Assembly (NCBI GenBank): GCA_040905465.1
Contig: JBBDRK010000057.1
Span: 1-23,700 of the forward strand
Reading direction: 5' to 3'
From: Trueperaceae bacterium
GTDB taxonomy: Bacteria > Deinococcota > Deinococci > Deinococcales > Trueperaceae
DNA: 23,700 nucleotides
Both the position numbers and the translations under genes were made by a program. Position 1 is the first letter of the stretch. Each line of letters begins with the position of its first letter. Of this stretch, positions 16,276 to 23,700 are shown in pieces. Below the pieces are notes generated by a model, which saw nothing but the letters and a program-made list of their open reading frames with translations, had not been told where the DNA came from and did not search any database.

Positions 16276-18229
16276 AAGGACCTTTCCTCGCCTGCTGGCC
16301 CTGTACGTGGTCAGTACGATCGGGCTGGCGGTGCTGCTTTACAGCGTTTACGGTCAGCGCCAGCGAGCACCGCTTCAGCCGGGTCAGCCGAGTCCACAGA
16401 CATATATTGCACCGGTGGACATCGACGTTATCGACCGGGTAGCTACCGAACGGCAGAGACAAGCGGCGCGAGCTCAGGTCGACACCATCTTCACCGGCGA
16501 TCCGCGACTCCAGCAACTGGTCCTCTCGTCGATCGCCACGACGGGGCTCCCGGAGGATGTCGAGGACCTGTTGGTGCGCGAGTACCGCGACCCGCAAGGC
16601 GTGACGGCCGCCGACCTCGAAGAGCTGCTCGAAGTTGCCGCTGCCCTCACACCCGAGCCCCGGCAACGTGAAGTGTCGCTGCTGCTCGAGAGGCGCCTGA
16701 TTCCGACGTCGGTGCCGAACGCGCGGCTCACCGAGGCGGCCCGTGACGCGGCCGCCGCCGCGATTCAACCGGTTCTCCAGTCGCTGCAGGCGGGACAGGC
16801 GATACTCCGCGAAGGCGATCTCATCTCCGAGGACCACTTGCGGGTCCTGCAGTCGGTGGGTCTTTACAGTCCGCGCTACGCCCAGCTGACGCAGGCGTTC
16901 TGGATAGCGCTCGGCTGTCTGGCGCTCTCTTCCCTGCTCAGCCTGCCGCTTTTCTTCGCCGAGCGGCGACTGCGGGGCAAACTTACGCTATCGCAACTCG
17001 GTTTTCTCATGACGCTCACTCTGCTGGTTCTCACCGCGCAGCGCCTGGCCCTTCTGGTGTCGCCTGCGTTCCTGTTCGTGATGCTGGTGCCGCTGCTCGT
17101 GTCGGTCCTGCTGTCGGACGAGACGGCCGTGATGTGGGCGGTATGGCTGGGGGTGGTGATGGCACTGCTGGTGCCCTCGGCGCCGCTCTACACCCTCGTC
17201 GCCACCATTGCCGGGGCCTTGGCGTCCAGTCTGCTGGCAACATCGCTACCGTCGCGAACATCGCTGTTGTTCGCCGGCGTGGTGGGAGGCGTGGTCAGCG
17301 CCGCTGGACTCGCCATCATGACCCTGGCTATCGGCGGTTACACACCCTGGGCCACGCTGATTTCAGCCGCGATCATGATCTTCGCCGGTATACTCGCGGG
17401 CGTCGTAGGACTCGGTCTCTTGCCCTTGGCCGAAAGCAGTTTCGGATTCGTCACCGAGTTTCGACTGGTCGAGCTGTCGAGCCCGACGACTCCGCTCCTG
17501 CAAAAGCTGCTGCTCGAAGCGCCCGGCTCGTACCAGCACAGCCTGATCATCTCGAACCTGGTCGAGCAGGCCGTAAAGAACATCGGCGGCAACTCCTTGC
17601 TGGCCAGGGTGGGGGCGCTCTACCACGATGTCGGCAAGCTCCGCAGGCCGCACTTCTATACCGAGAACCAGTTTACGGGCGAGAACCCGCACGACAAACT
17701 GAGTCCTCACCTGAGCTATCTGATTATCGTCTCGCATGTGCGTGATGGCGTCGAGCTGCTGCACGAATTCCGTATTCCAAGGGCGATCGAACCGTTCGTG
17801 AGCGAGCATCACGGAACCACCGTCATGACCTACTTCTACAAGCGGGCACTCGAGGACCAGACCGGCCTGGAGGAGTTGAACTTTCGTTACCCGGGACCAC
17901 GGCCCCGCACCAAGGAGACAGCTGTTCTCATGCTGGCCGACGCGGTTGAATCGGCATCGCGCTCGCTGGTCGAGCCGAGTCAGGGCAGCATTCGGGCGCT
18001 AATCGAGCGGCTCGTGGAGCAGCGCCTGCAGGACGGTCAGCTTGCCGAAAGCGCCCTCAACTTCCACGACATCGAGGTAATCAAGAACACGTTCGAGCGG
18101 ATGCTCACCGCCATCCTGCACAGGCGCGTCAGTTACCCCACCCCCGAAGAGATCCGCGGCGCGCGCAAGGGGGGAGGTGCCGCACGTGGTGGAGAGCCTA
18201 GACGAAACGAACCGCTTCCCGCACGTTGA
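16259..18229 (+). CDS. pgpH: 7TM-HD phosphohydrolase, PgpH/YqfF family (probable c-di-AMP phosphodiesterase)
   Basis: N-terminal TM, extracytoplasmic domain, multi-TM block, then APGSYQHS, YHDVGK, SHVRDG, EHHGT, FRYPGPRP and MLADAVE; sits between phoH and ybeY. Confidence 0.85.
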   Translation: MSKAARRTFPRLLALYVVSTIGLAVLLYSVYGQRQRAPLQPGQPSPQTYIAPVDIDVIDRVATERQRQAARAQVDTIFTGDPRLQQLVLSSIATTGLPEDVEDLLVREYRDPQGVTAADLEELLEVAAALTPEPRQREVSLLLERRLIPTSVPNARLTEAARDAAAAAIQPVLQSLQAGQAILREGDLISEDHLRVLQSVGLYSPRYAQLTQAFWIALGCLALSSLLSLPLFFAERRLRGKLTLSQLGFLMTLTLLVLTAQRLALLVSPAFLFVMLVPLLVSVLLSDETAVMWAVWLGVVMALLVPSAPLYTLVATIAGALASSLLATSLPSRTSLLFAGVVGGVVSAAGLAIMTLAIGGYTPWATLISAAIMIFAGILAGVVGLGLLPLAESSFGFVTEFRLVELSSPTTPLLQKLLLEAPGSYQHSLIISNLVEQAVKNIGGNSLLARVGALYHDVGKLRRPHFYTENQFTGENPHDKLSPHLSYLIIVSHVRDGVELLHEFRIPRAIEPFVSEHHGTTVMTYFYKRALEDQTGLEELNFRYPGPRPRTKETAVLMLADAVESASRSLVEPSQGSIRALIERLVEQRLQDGQLAESALNFHDIEVIKNTFERMLTAILHRRVSYPTPEEIRGARKGGGAARGGEPRRNEPLPAR

Positions 18230-18620
18230 GGTCCTCGACCGCACGATGAACGCACTCCTGGCAGAGTTGCAGCTCGACGATCGTGAAGTAACATTGGTTC
18301 TGGTGGACGATGACTCGATGCGCCGCCAGAACCACGAGCATCGCGGTGAGGACGCGCCTACCGACGTACTCTCCTATCCCACCGGCGAGCCAGACGATAG
18401 TGACATTCCCACCGTCGCCCACCTGGGCGATATCTTCATAAGTGTCGACACCGCCCAGCGGCAGGCGGCGGAACACGGCCACGACCTGCTTACAGAAACC
18501 CTGATATTGGCCGCTCACGGGCTGACGCACTTGCTCGGCTACGACCACCAGACGGAGGACTCATGGGACATCTTCCGGGAAACGCAACAGCGGATTCTCG
18601 CCCTCAAGCCGGCCTCTTGA
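18186..18620 (+). CDS. ybeY: rRNA maturation endoribonuclease YbeY
   Basis: PTDVLSY, LGDIFIS and the Zn motif HGLTHLLGYDH; GTG 18186 lies 8 nt after GGAGG. Confidence 0.93.
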   Translation: MVESLDETNRFPHVEVLDRTMNALLAELQLDDREVTLVLVDDDSMRRQNHEHRGEDAPTDVLSYPTGEPDDSDIPTVAHLGDIFISVDTAQRQAAEHGHDLLTETLILAAHGLTHLLGYDHQTEDSWDIFRETQQRILALKPAS

Positions 18621-18982
18621 GCGCCGCGGCCCGACTGCGACGCTCAGCCGGGTTCGCCTGGAGCGGTCTCGCTCACGCCTGGCGGGAACAGCCCAACTTC
18701 CGTCTGGAGCTTGCTATCGGCGCGAGTGCCGCGCTTATGGCGGTCTGGTTGGGAACCGGGCTGGTACCGGTCGTGTTGAGCGCCGCGTTGGTGATCTCGC
18801 TGGAATTGTTGAACAGCGCCGTGGAGGCCCTGGTGGACCTCGCGTCGCCGCAGCAGAACCCGTTGGCCCGGGCCGCCAAGGACATGTCCGCTGGCGCGGT
18901 ACTGGTGGCTTCATTGGCCGCCCTCGTCGTCGGCCTGCTGGCCCTGGGACCGGCGCTGCTACAGAGGCTCGGAGGAGCGTGA
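18617..18982 (+). CDS. dgkA: Diacylglycerol/undecaprenol kinase (DgkA family)
   Basis: FAWSGL, QPNFR, ELLNSAVEALVDL, AKDMSAGAVLV; TTGA overlap with ybeY. Confidence 0.9.
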   Translation: MSAAARLRRSAGFAWSGLAHAWREQPNFRLELAIGASAALMAVWLGTGLVPVVLSAALVISLELLNSAVEALVDLASPQQNPLARAAKDMSAGAVLVASLAALVVGLLALGPALLQRLGGA

Positions 18983-19389
18983 CTAGCGTTCCCGGTAGCG
19001 TCCCCGGTGATCTGCTCGAGGCCGCTCGGGCGGCCTTCGAGAACGCCTACGCACCCTATTCGCGCTTTCGGGTCGGTGCGGCGCTACGTGCGGCCGACGG
19101 CACCGTGATAAGCGGCGCGAACGTCGAGAATGCGTCTTTCGGCCTCTCCCGCTGCGCCGAGCAGAGCGCGGTCCAGGCGATGGCCACACTCGGCGAACGC
19201 GGATTCAGCGAGATCGTCGTCTACACCGAGAGCGACCCGCCGGCCAGTCCCTGCGGCGGTTGCCGTCAGGTGCTTGCGGAATTTTCACCGGAGGCGGCCG
19301 TGTACTTGGTAAATCATGCTGGAGAAGCGGTGACGACGACAGTCGGTAAGCTTCTCCCCGGGGCGTTCAGCCTGGAGCCGCCGGTGTAG
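18979..19389 (+). CDS. cdd: Cytidine deaminase (homotetrameric type)
   Basis: AYAPYSRFRVGAA, GANVENAS, CAEQSA, PCGGCRQVLAEF; SD GGAGGA and GTGA overlap. Confidence 0.95.
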   Translation: MTSVPGSVPGDLLEAARAAFENAYAPYSRFRVGAALRAADGTVISGANVENASFGLSRCAEQSAVQAMATLGERGFSEIVVYTESDPPASPCGGCRQVLAEFSPEAAVYLVNHAGEAVTTTVGKLLPGAFSLEPPV

Positions 19390-19437
19390 CTCGGCGGTGA
19401 CCCGGCATGCGCTTCAAGCTTCTCACGGGGCCGGCGT

Positions 19438-19443
19438 TATACT
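19438..19443 (+). promoter_or_regulatory. -10 TATACT of a leaderless TPR gene
   Basis: Ends 7 nt before ATG 19451; pyrimidine-rich spacer with no SD. Confidence 0.65.
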
Positions 19444-19450
19444 CCTCCAG

Positions 19451-21568
19451 ATGAAAAAGCTAGCTGGCCTACTATTCGCCCTCTTCGTCATCTTCGGGTC
19501 CGCGCTCGGTCAATCACAGGCGCCTCAGCGCGTGCTGGTGCTGCCGTTCGACTCGAGTCGCTCCTTCGAGCCTTACGGACTCGGCCTGGCTACCGGCCTG
19601 CAGCGCACACTCAACTCCCTGGACGGCGTATACGCTCCCGCGGTCGCCGAGGGTGGCCTGTACGTTACCCGCGCACACGAAGCAGGGCTGGACGCGATCG
19701 CCACGGCAGTCGCCGCCTTCGAAGCCGACCTGGTGGTGAGCGGCGGGGTGAACGGCTCCGGTTCACTGCTGGAAGTCACCGTCGTATTCAACGGACCCAT
19801 TCTTGCCGAAGCCGAGCAGATCCGATTGCAGCTCCCGAGCGATCCGGCACAAGCGGTCGAGGGCGTCATATTGGCGGTCATCCAGCGGTTGGGCCGCAAC
19901 GACAGCGCGTCACAGGCGACCGTCAGGAACCTGGCCGGCGAGACCCCCGAGTTGGCGAGCCTGTCGGCTGTGTCGCGGGCCTCCTCTCGACTCGGAACCA
20001 ATCTGGGTGAGATGACGGCGGCTGCCGGACTCAATCCGGAGTCGAGCTGGGTTCTGGCCGAACAGGCCCGCGCACTGGCGCTGGACGGACGCACCGAGCA
20101 TTCATTGGCTGCCGCGGTCGGTGCCGTTGCCGCCAACCCCGAGGATGCCGAAGCGGCGGCCGTCCTCGGCGTAGTTGCCGACGCCGCCGGCCAGGATGAG
20201 CAGGCGCGCGCGAGCTTCCAGAACGCCCTGGCACTAAACGCCCACCACGCGCTGGCGCTGACAGGCCTCGCTGGCCTTACCGAGGACCGAGCGGAGTCGA
20301 CCGATCTCCTGGAGCGGGCCGTCGCCGCCTCACCCAGGCAGGTAGAGGCCGTTCTGCGCCTGGCGGAGTTGGAAACCAGTCATCAACGAGCGCTTCAGCG
20401 GCTGCGTCGGGCGAGCTCCAATCTGCCGGAGTCGGTGGCCCTGCACAGAGCTTTCATCGAAAGAGCCGTGGCCGCTGGAGATCCGGCAGGAGCGCTCTCG
20501 TATCTGCGACAGGTTACGAGCCAAGTCATGTCTTCCTCACCGGCGCTCTACGCCCAAGCCACGGCGCTTCCCGATCAGTTGGCCGAGCAAGCCCTGAGCC
20601 TGGTGCGCGAGGGCCGGGAGAAGTACCCGGAAAGCAGCGGACTGCAACTGACGGAAGCGGAGTTGCTGAGAGAGGCGGGCCGCATCGATGAAGCGGTGAC
20701 GGTGCTCGAGGATCTGTACGAGCGGTTTCCGGAGAGCGTGGAGGTTGCCAACTCGCTGGCGGTCGCGCTCGCGAGCGACGGTGACGTCGAGAGGGCCCGT
20801 GAGGTATTCGCTGCGGCAGCCGACGACAGCCAGGTGGCGCAAATCAACCTGGGCCGTTTGCTGCTGCAGGCCGGTCAGGCGCGAGCAGCGATAGCTACTC
20901 TCGAGCCGCTGGTCGAGCAGAACCAGCGGGACGCCGAACTGTTCACGCTCTACGGGATCGCGTTGGGGCGCACGGGACGCATCGACGAGGCGCAGTCCGC
21001 GCTGTCGCGCGCCCTGGAGATCGATCCCGAGTCGCGGCCCGCCGCACGGGCACGCGACCTGCTCGAGCAACAGCGGCGTATCGTCGGAGACGACGCTATC
21101 GCGTTCGAAGGCGAGGCGGCCGCGGCCTTCGAGCAGGGTCTCTACGGCCTCGAGACCGAGTCTCCGTCGGAAGCGGCATCGTCGTTCGCTCGAGCTTTCG
21201 AGTTGAGCGACCACCCGTTGGCCGCCTTTTACCACGGCTATGCGCTCCACCGGGCCGGCAGGCCGCGCGACGCGATCTCGCCCTACCGACTAGCCCTGGA
21301 GGCGTATCCGCAGAGCGACACGGTGCTGAACAATCTCGGGTACGCTCAACTTCAGTTGGGCCGGCTCGATCTGGCGCTCGACCTGCTCCGCCGGGCCGTG
21401 GCCGCTAATTCGGAGAATCCAAATGCCCACGTCAATCTGGGACTGACTTTCTTCGGACTCGGCCGCTACGGCGAGGCACTCGAGTCATGGGAGCGGGCTG
21501 TGTCCCTCGACCCTGGCCTGCAGGACGACCTGGCGGATATTCGTAGACGCGCGGAGGACAGGCGCTGA
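19451..21568 (+). CDS. Exported tetratricopeptide-repeat protein with N-terminal TolB_N/CsgG-like alpha/beta domain
   Basis: Signal peptide MKKLAGLLFALFVIFGSALG-Q; RVLVLPF...ADLVVSG pattern; many TPRs such as VLNNLGYAQLQLGRLDLA and AHVNLGLTFFGLGRYGEA. Confidence 0.85.
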   Translation: MKKLAGLLFALFVIFGSALGQSQAPQRVLVLPFDSSRSFEPYGLGLATGLQRTLNSLDGVYAPAVAEGGLYVTRAHEAGLDAIATAVAAFEADLVVSGGVNGSGSLLEVTVVFNGPILAEAEQIRLQLPSDPAQAVEGVILAVIQRLGRNDSASQATVRNLAGETPELASLSAVSRASSRLGTNLGEMTAAAGLNPESSWVLAEQARALALDGRTEHSLAAAVGAVAANPEDAEAAAVLGVVADAAGQDEQARASFQNALALNAHHALALTGLAGLTEDRAESTDLLERAVAASPRQVEAVLRLAELETSHQRALQRLRRASSNLPESVALHRAFIERAVAAGDPAGALSYLRQVTSQVMSSSPALYAQATALPDQLAEQALSLVREGREKYPESSGLQLTEAELLREAGRIDEAVTVLEDLYERFPESVEVANSLAVALASDGDVERAREVFAAAADDSQVAQINLGRLLLQAGQARAAIATLEPLVEQNQRDAELFTLYGIALGRTGRIDEAQSALSRALEIDPESRPAARARDLLEQQRRIVGDDAIAFEGEAAAAFEQGLYGLETESPSEAASSFARAFELSDHPLAAFYHGYALHRAGRPRDAISPYRLALEAYPQSDTVLNNLGYAQLQLGRLDLALDLLRRAVAANSENPNAHVNLGLTFFGLGRYGEALESWERAVSLDPGLQDDLADIRRRAEDRR

Positions 21569-21629
21569 ACTCGCGCGGCCTCAGCCAATCCCCCGCCGGA
21601 CCAGCGACAGGAAAGCCTCGACCGTACGG

Positions 21630-21635
21630 TAAACT
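21630..21635 (+). promoter_or_regulatory. -10 TAAACT of a leaderless his operon transcript
   Basis: Ends 7 nt before ATG 21643; spacer CCCCTTC contains no SD. Confidence 0.6.
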
Positions 21636-21642
21636 CCCCTTC

Positions 21643-22701
21643 ATGAGTATCCGCGCGCGAATCCGCGAACTCGCACCTTACGACTTCGCGCCCCACGCGG
21701 AGGGCGTGAAACTCGACCAGAACGAATTGCCCGAGGATATCCCGGAGAGTTTGCGGGAGGAGTTGGTCGAGCGCGTCGGAAGCGTGGCCTTGAACCGTTA
21801 CCCGGACCTGACCGCGAGCGAGCTGCGAACTCGGCTTGCCGAACTCCACGGGTGGCCGGTCGACGGCGTTATCGTTACCCCCGGCTCGAACGTACTCATC
21901 CAGTGCCTGGTCATCGCCGCCGGGATAGAGCAGCGCGTTATCGTTCCTTCCCCTTCCTTCGGGGTCTACCGGCTGCAGGCTCGAATGCTCGGGGCCGAGC
22001 TGAACGAGGTACCGATGTCCGCCGGCTTCGGTCTGCCGGTAAGGAGCATGCTGCGGGAGATGGAACGAGGACGAGGGGTGGTCTTCATAGCGAACCCTGC
22101 GGCCCCGACCGGGAACCTGCATCCACGCAGCGAGCTGGAGGCGTTGATCGCGGCCGCCGATGACCGCTGGACGATCGTGATAGACGAGGCATATCATCAA
22201 TTCGCCGGCAGCGACTTCCTGGAACTCGCGCAAAACCCGTCGGTCGTCTCGCTGCGCACGCTCTCCAAGGCGTTTGGCCTCGCGGGCGCCCGGGTGGGCT
22301 ACGCACTTACCTCCCCCGAGTTGGCCGAGGAACTTCGCAAGACCGTGAACCCGTTCGCGGTATCGGTGTTGCAGCAAGCAGCAGCGCTTACGATGCTCGA
22401 CCATCAGGACCTCGTGCTCGCCCGAGCGCGCGAGGTGGCGGTCGAGCGCGACTGGTTGTTCGACAGGCTTCTCGAGCTCCCCGATGTGTCGCCGTTCCCG
22501 TCTGTCGCGAACTTCATACTGCTGCGGCTGACGGACGGCCCTCGAGCGCACCGTGAGCTGTTGCGACGGGGCGTGATAGTTCGGCGCCAGGACGGCGGCA
22601 TGCTGACGAACTGCCTGCGTGTTTCGGTAGGCACCAGAGCGGAAAACCGGCGTTTTCTCGATGAGCTGCGGCAGGTAGTGGCGGAGGTTGGAAATGGCTA
22701 G
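21643..22701 (+). CDS. hisC: Histidinol-phosphate aminotransferase
   Basis: KLDQNE, NRYPD, NP..PTG, IDEAY and PLP-Lys motif RTLSKAFGLAGARVGY; upstream of hisB and hisH. Confidence 0.93.
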   Translation: MSIRARIRELAPYDFAPHAEGVKLDQNELPEDIPESLREELVERVGSVALNRYPDLTASELRTRLAELHGWPVDGVIVTPGSNVLIQCLVIAAGIEQRVIVPSPSFGVYRLQARMLGAELNEVPMSAGFGLPVRSMLREMERGRGVVFIANPAAPTGNLHPRSELEALIAAADDRWTIVIDEAYHQFAGSDFLELAQNPSVVSLRTLSKAFGLAGARVGYALTSPELAEELRKTVNPFAVSVLQQAAALTMLDHQDLVLARAREVAVERDWLFDRLLELPDVSPFPSVANFILLRLTDGPRAHRELLRRGVIVRRQDGGMLTNCLRVSVGTRAENRRFLDELRQVVAEVGNG

Positions 22702-23275
22702 GACTGCCGAGAAGACGAGGCGCACGAAGGAGACGGACATTACCGTCAAGGTCGACCTCGACTCAGCACCGGGCGGTGGCATAGACACCGGCCACGGTTT
22801 CCTCGAGCACATGCTGGCCCAGGTGCAGCGTCACGCCGGCATCTACCTCGACATCGCCGCCAAGGGCGACTTGCACATCGATGTGCACCACCTCGCCGAG
22901 GACTGCGGCATCGTGCTCGGACAGGCCGTGGCCGCCGCACTGGGCGACCGGCGCGGAATCGAACGTTACGGCGACTCTTTCGTGCCGATGGACGAGACTC
23001 TCGCGCATGTGGTGATCGACCTCTCGGGCCGGCCATTCCTCGCGTTCGAGCCCGGTGGTTTCGAAGGCGACGCCGGCGGTTTCAACACGCACCACCTGCG
23101 CGAGCTGCTGAGAGGGTTCTGCAATCACGCCGGCTCGACCGTCCACGTCCGCGTGCTCGCGGGCCTGGAGACCCACCACGTGTGCGAGGCCGTCATCAAG
23201 GCTTTCTCGCGTGCTTTGGCGCAGGCATGCCGGGTAACCGGCGAGCATCTTCCGTCCACCAAGGGCGTCCTCTGA
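22694..23275 (+). CDS. hisB: Imidazoleglycerol-phosphate dehydratase
   Basis: RRTKETDI, GFLEHML, DVHHLAED, PMDETL, THHVCEA, PSTKGVL; SD GGAGG before ATG 22694. Confidence 0.96.
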   Translation: MARTAEKTRRTKETDITVKVDLDSAPGGGIDTGHGFLEHMLAQVQRHAGIYLDIAAKGDLHIDVHHLAEDCGIVLGQAVAAALGDRRGIERYGDSFVPMDETLAHVVIDLSGRPFLAFEPGGFEGDAGGFNTHHLRELLRGFCNHAGSTVHVRVLAGLETHHVCEAVIKAFSRALAQACRVTGEHLPSTKGVL

Positions 23276-23278
23276 ACG

Positions 23279-23700
23279 GTGAAAACGGTCCTGATCGATT
23301 ACGGAGCGGGCAATCTGCACAGCGTACACAAGGCGTTGCTGCGGTCGAACCTCGACGTCGAGCTGACCGCGGATCCGGCACGGGCGGCGCAAGCAGACGC
23401 GCTGGTGCTGCCTGGCCAGGGGCACTTCGGTCAGGTGATGCGCTCGTTTCTCGCGTCCGGATTCGAGCCGGTGGTCAGGCGCCACCTGGCGGAACAGCGA
23501 CCCTTCCTGGGCATCTGTGTCGGCCTGCAACTGCTGCTGGAGAGCTCGGAGGAGGCGCCGGACGTGCCCGGGCTGGCTGTTCTGCCGGGCAAAGTTCGCC
23601 GCTTTCCGGCGGGCATGCGCGTACCCCAGATGGGTTGGAACCGGATCCGCAAGTGCGGACGTTCGCCACTGCTGGAAGGTGTCGACGATGGGGCGCACGT
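23279..23700 (+). CDS. hisH: Imidazole glycerol phosphate synthase glutaminase subunit (partial, runs off the window)
   Basis: Not in the ORF track. GTG 23279 reads MKTVLIDYGAGNLHSV...LVLPGQGHF...PFLGICVGLQLL...VPQMGWN. Confidence 0.94.
   Translation, partial: MKTVLIDYGAGNLHSVHKALLRSNLDVELTADPARAAQADALVLPGQGHFGQVMRSFLASGFEPVVRRHLAEQRPFLGICVGLQLLLESSEEAPDVPGLAVLPGKVRRFPAGMRVPQMGWNRIRKCGRSPLLEGVDDGAH

Noticed and set aside
21569-21642. His leader peptide, attenuator or T-box upstream of hisC
   Set aside because: Only 74 nt, with no His-codon run or T-box motif, and hisC looks leaderless.
21466-23698. Long minus-strand ORFs 21466-22812 and 22763-23698
   Set aside because: Antisense shadows of hisC, hisB and hisH.

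Overview
High-GC bacterial chromosomal window, most likely Deinococcota (Truepera-like). This is inferred from the mglB-mglA pair, split gcvPA/PB and repeated leaderless TAnnnT promoters. In order it holds: a secreted, highly acidic fasciclin (FAS1) protein (-); mglB-mglA; gcvT-gcvH-gcvPA-gcvPB; an A-type Fe-S carrier (-); a stand-alone tRNA-Trp(CCA) with its own promoter and terminator; a ~4 kb accessory islet right after the tRNA (STAND ATPase-TPR-LuxR regulator, alpha/beta hydrolase, frameshifted gene remnant); a small hypothetical gene (-) with a consensus promoter; a tightly coupled nfeD-floA-yqfB-like-phoH-pgpH-ybeY-dgkA-cdd operon; a secreted TPR protein; and hisC-hisB-hisH (cut by the window edge). 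Most of it is housekeeping. The best leads are a probable non-canonical ATC start for phoH, the tRNA-linked regulator/hydrolase islet with its palindromic operator, a FAS1 domain split by a 90-aa acidic insert, and several operator-like palindromes. No CRISPR, integrase or transposase is visible. I see no clear-cut novel multi-gene system; all family calls are by motif recognition, not database search.
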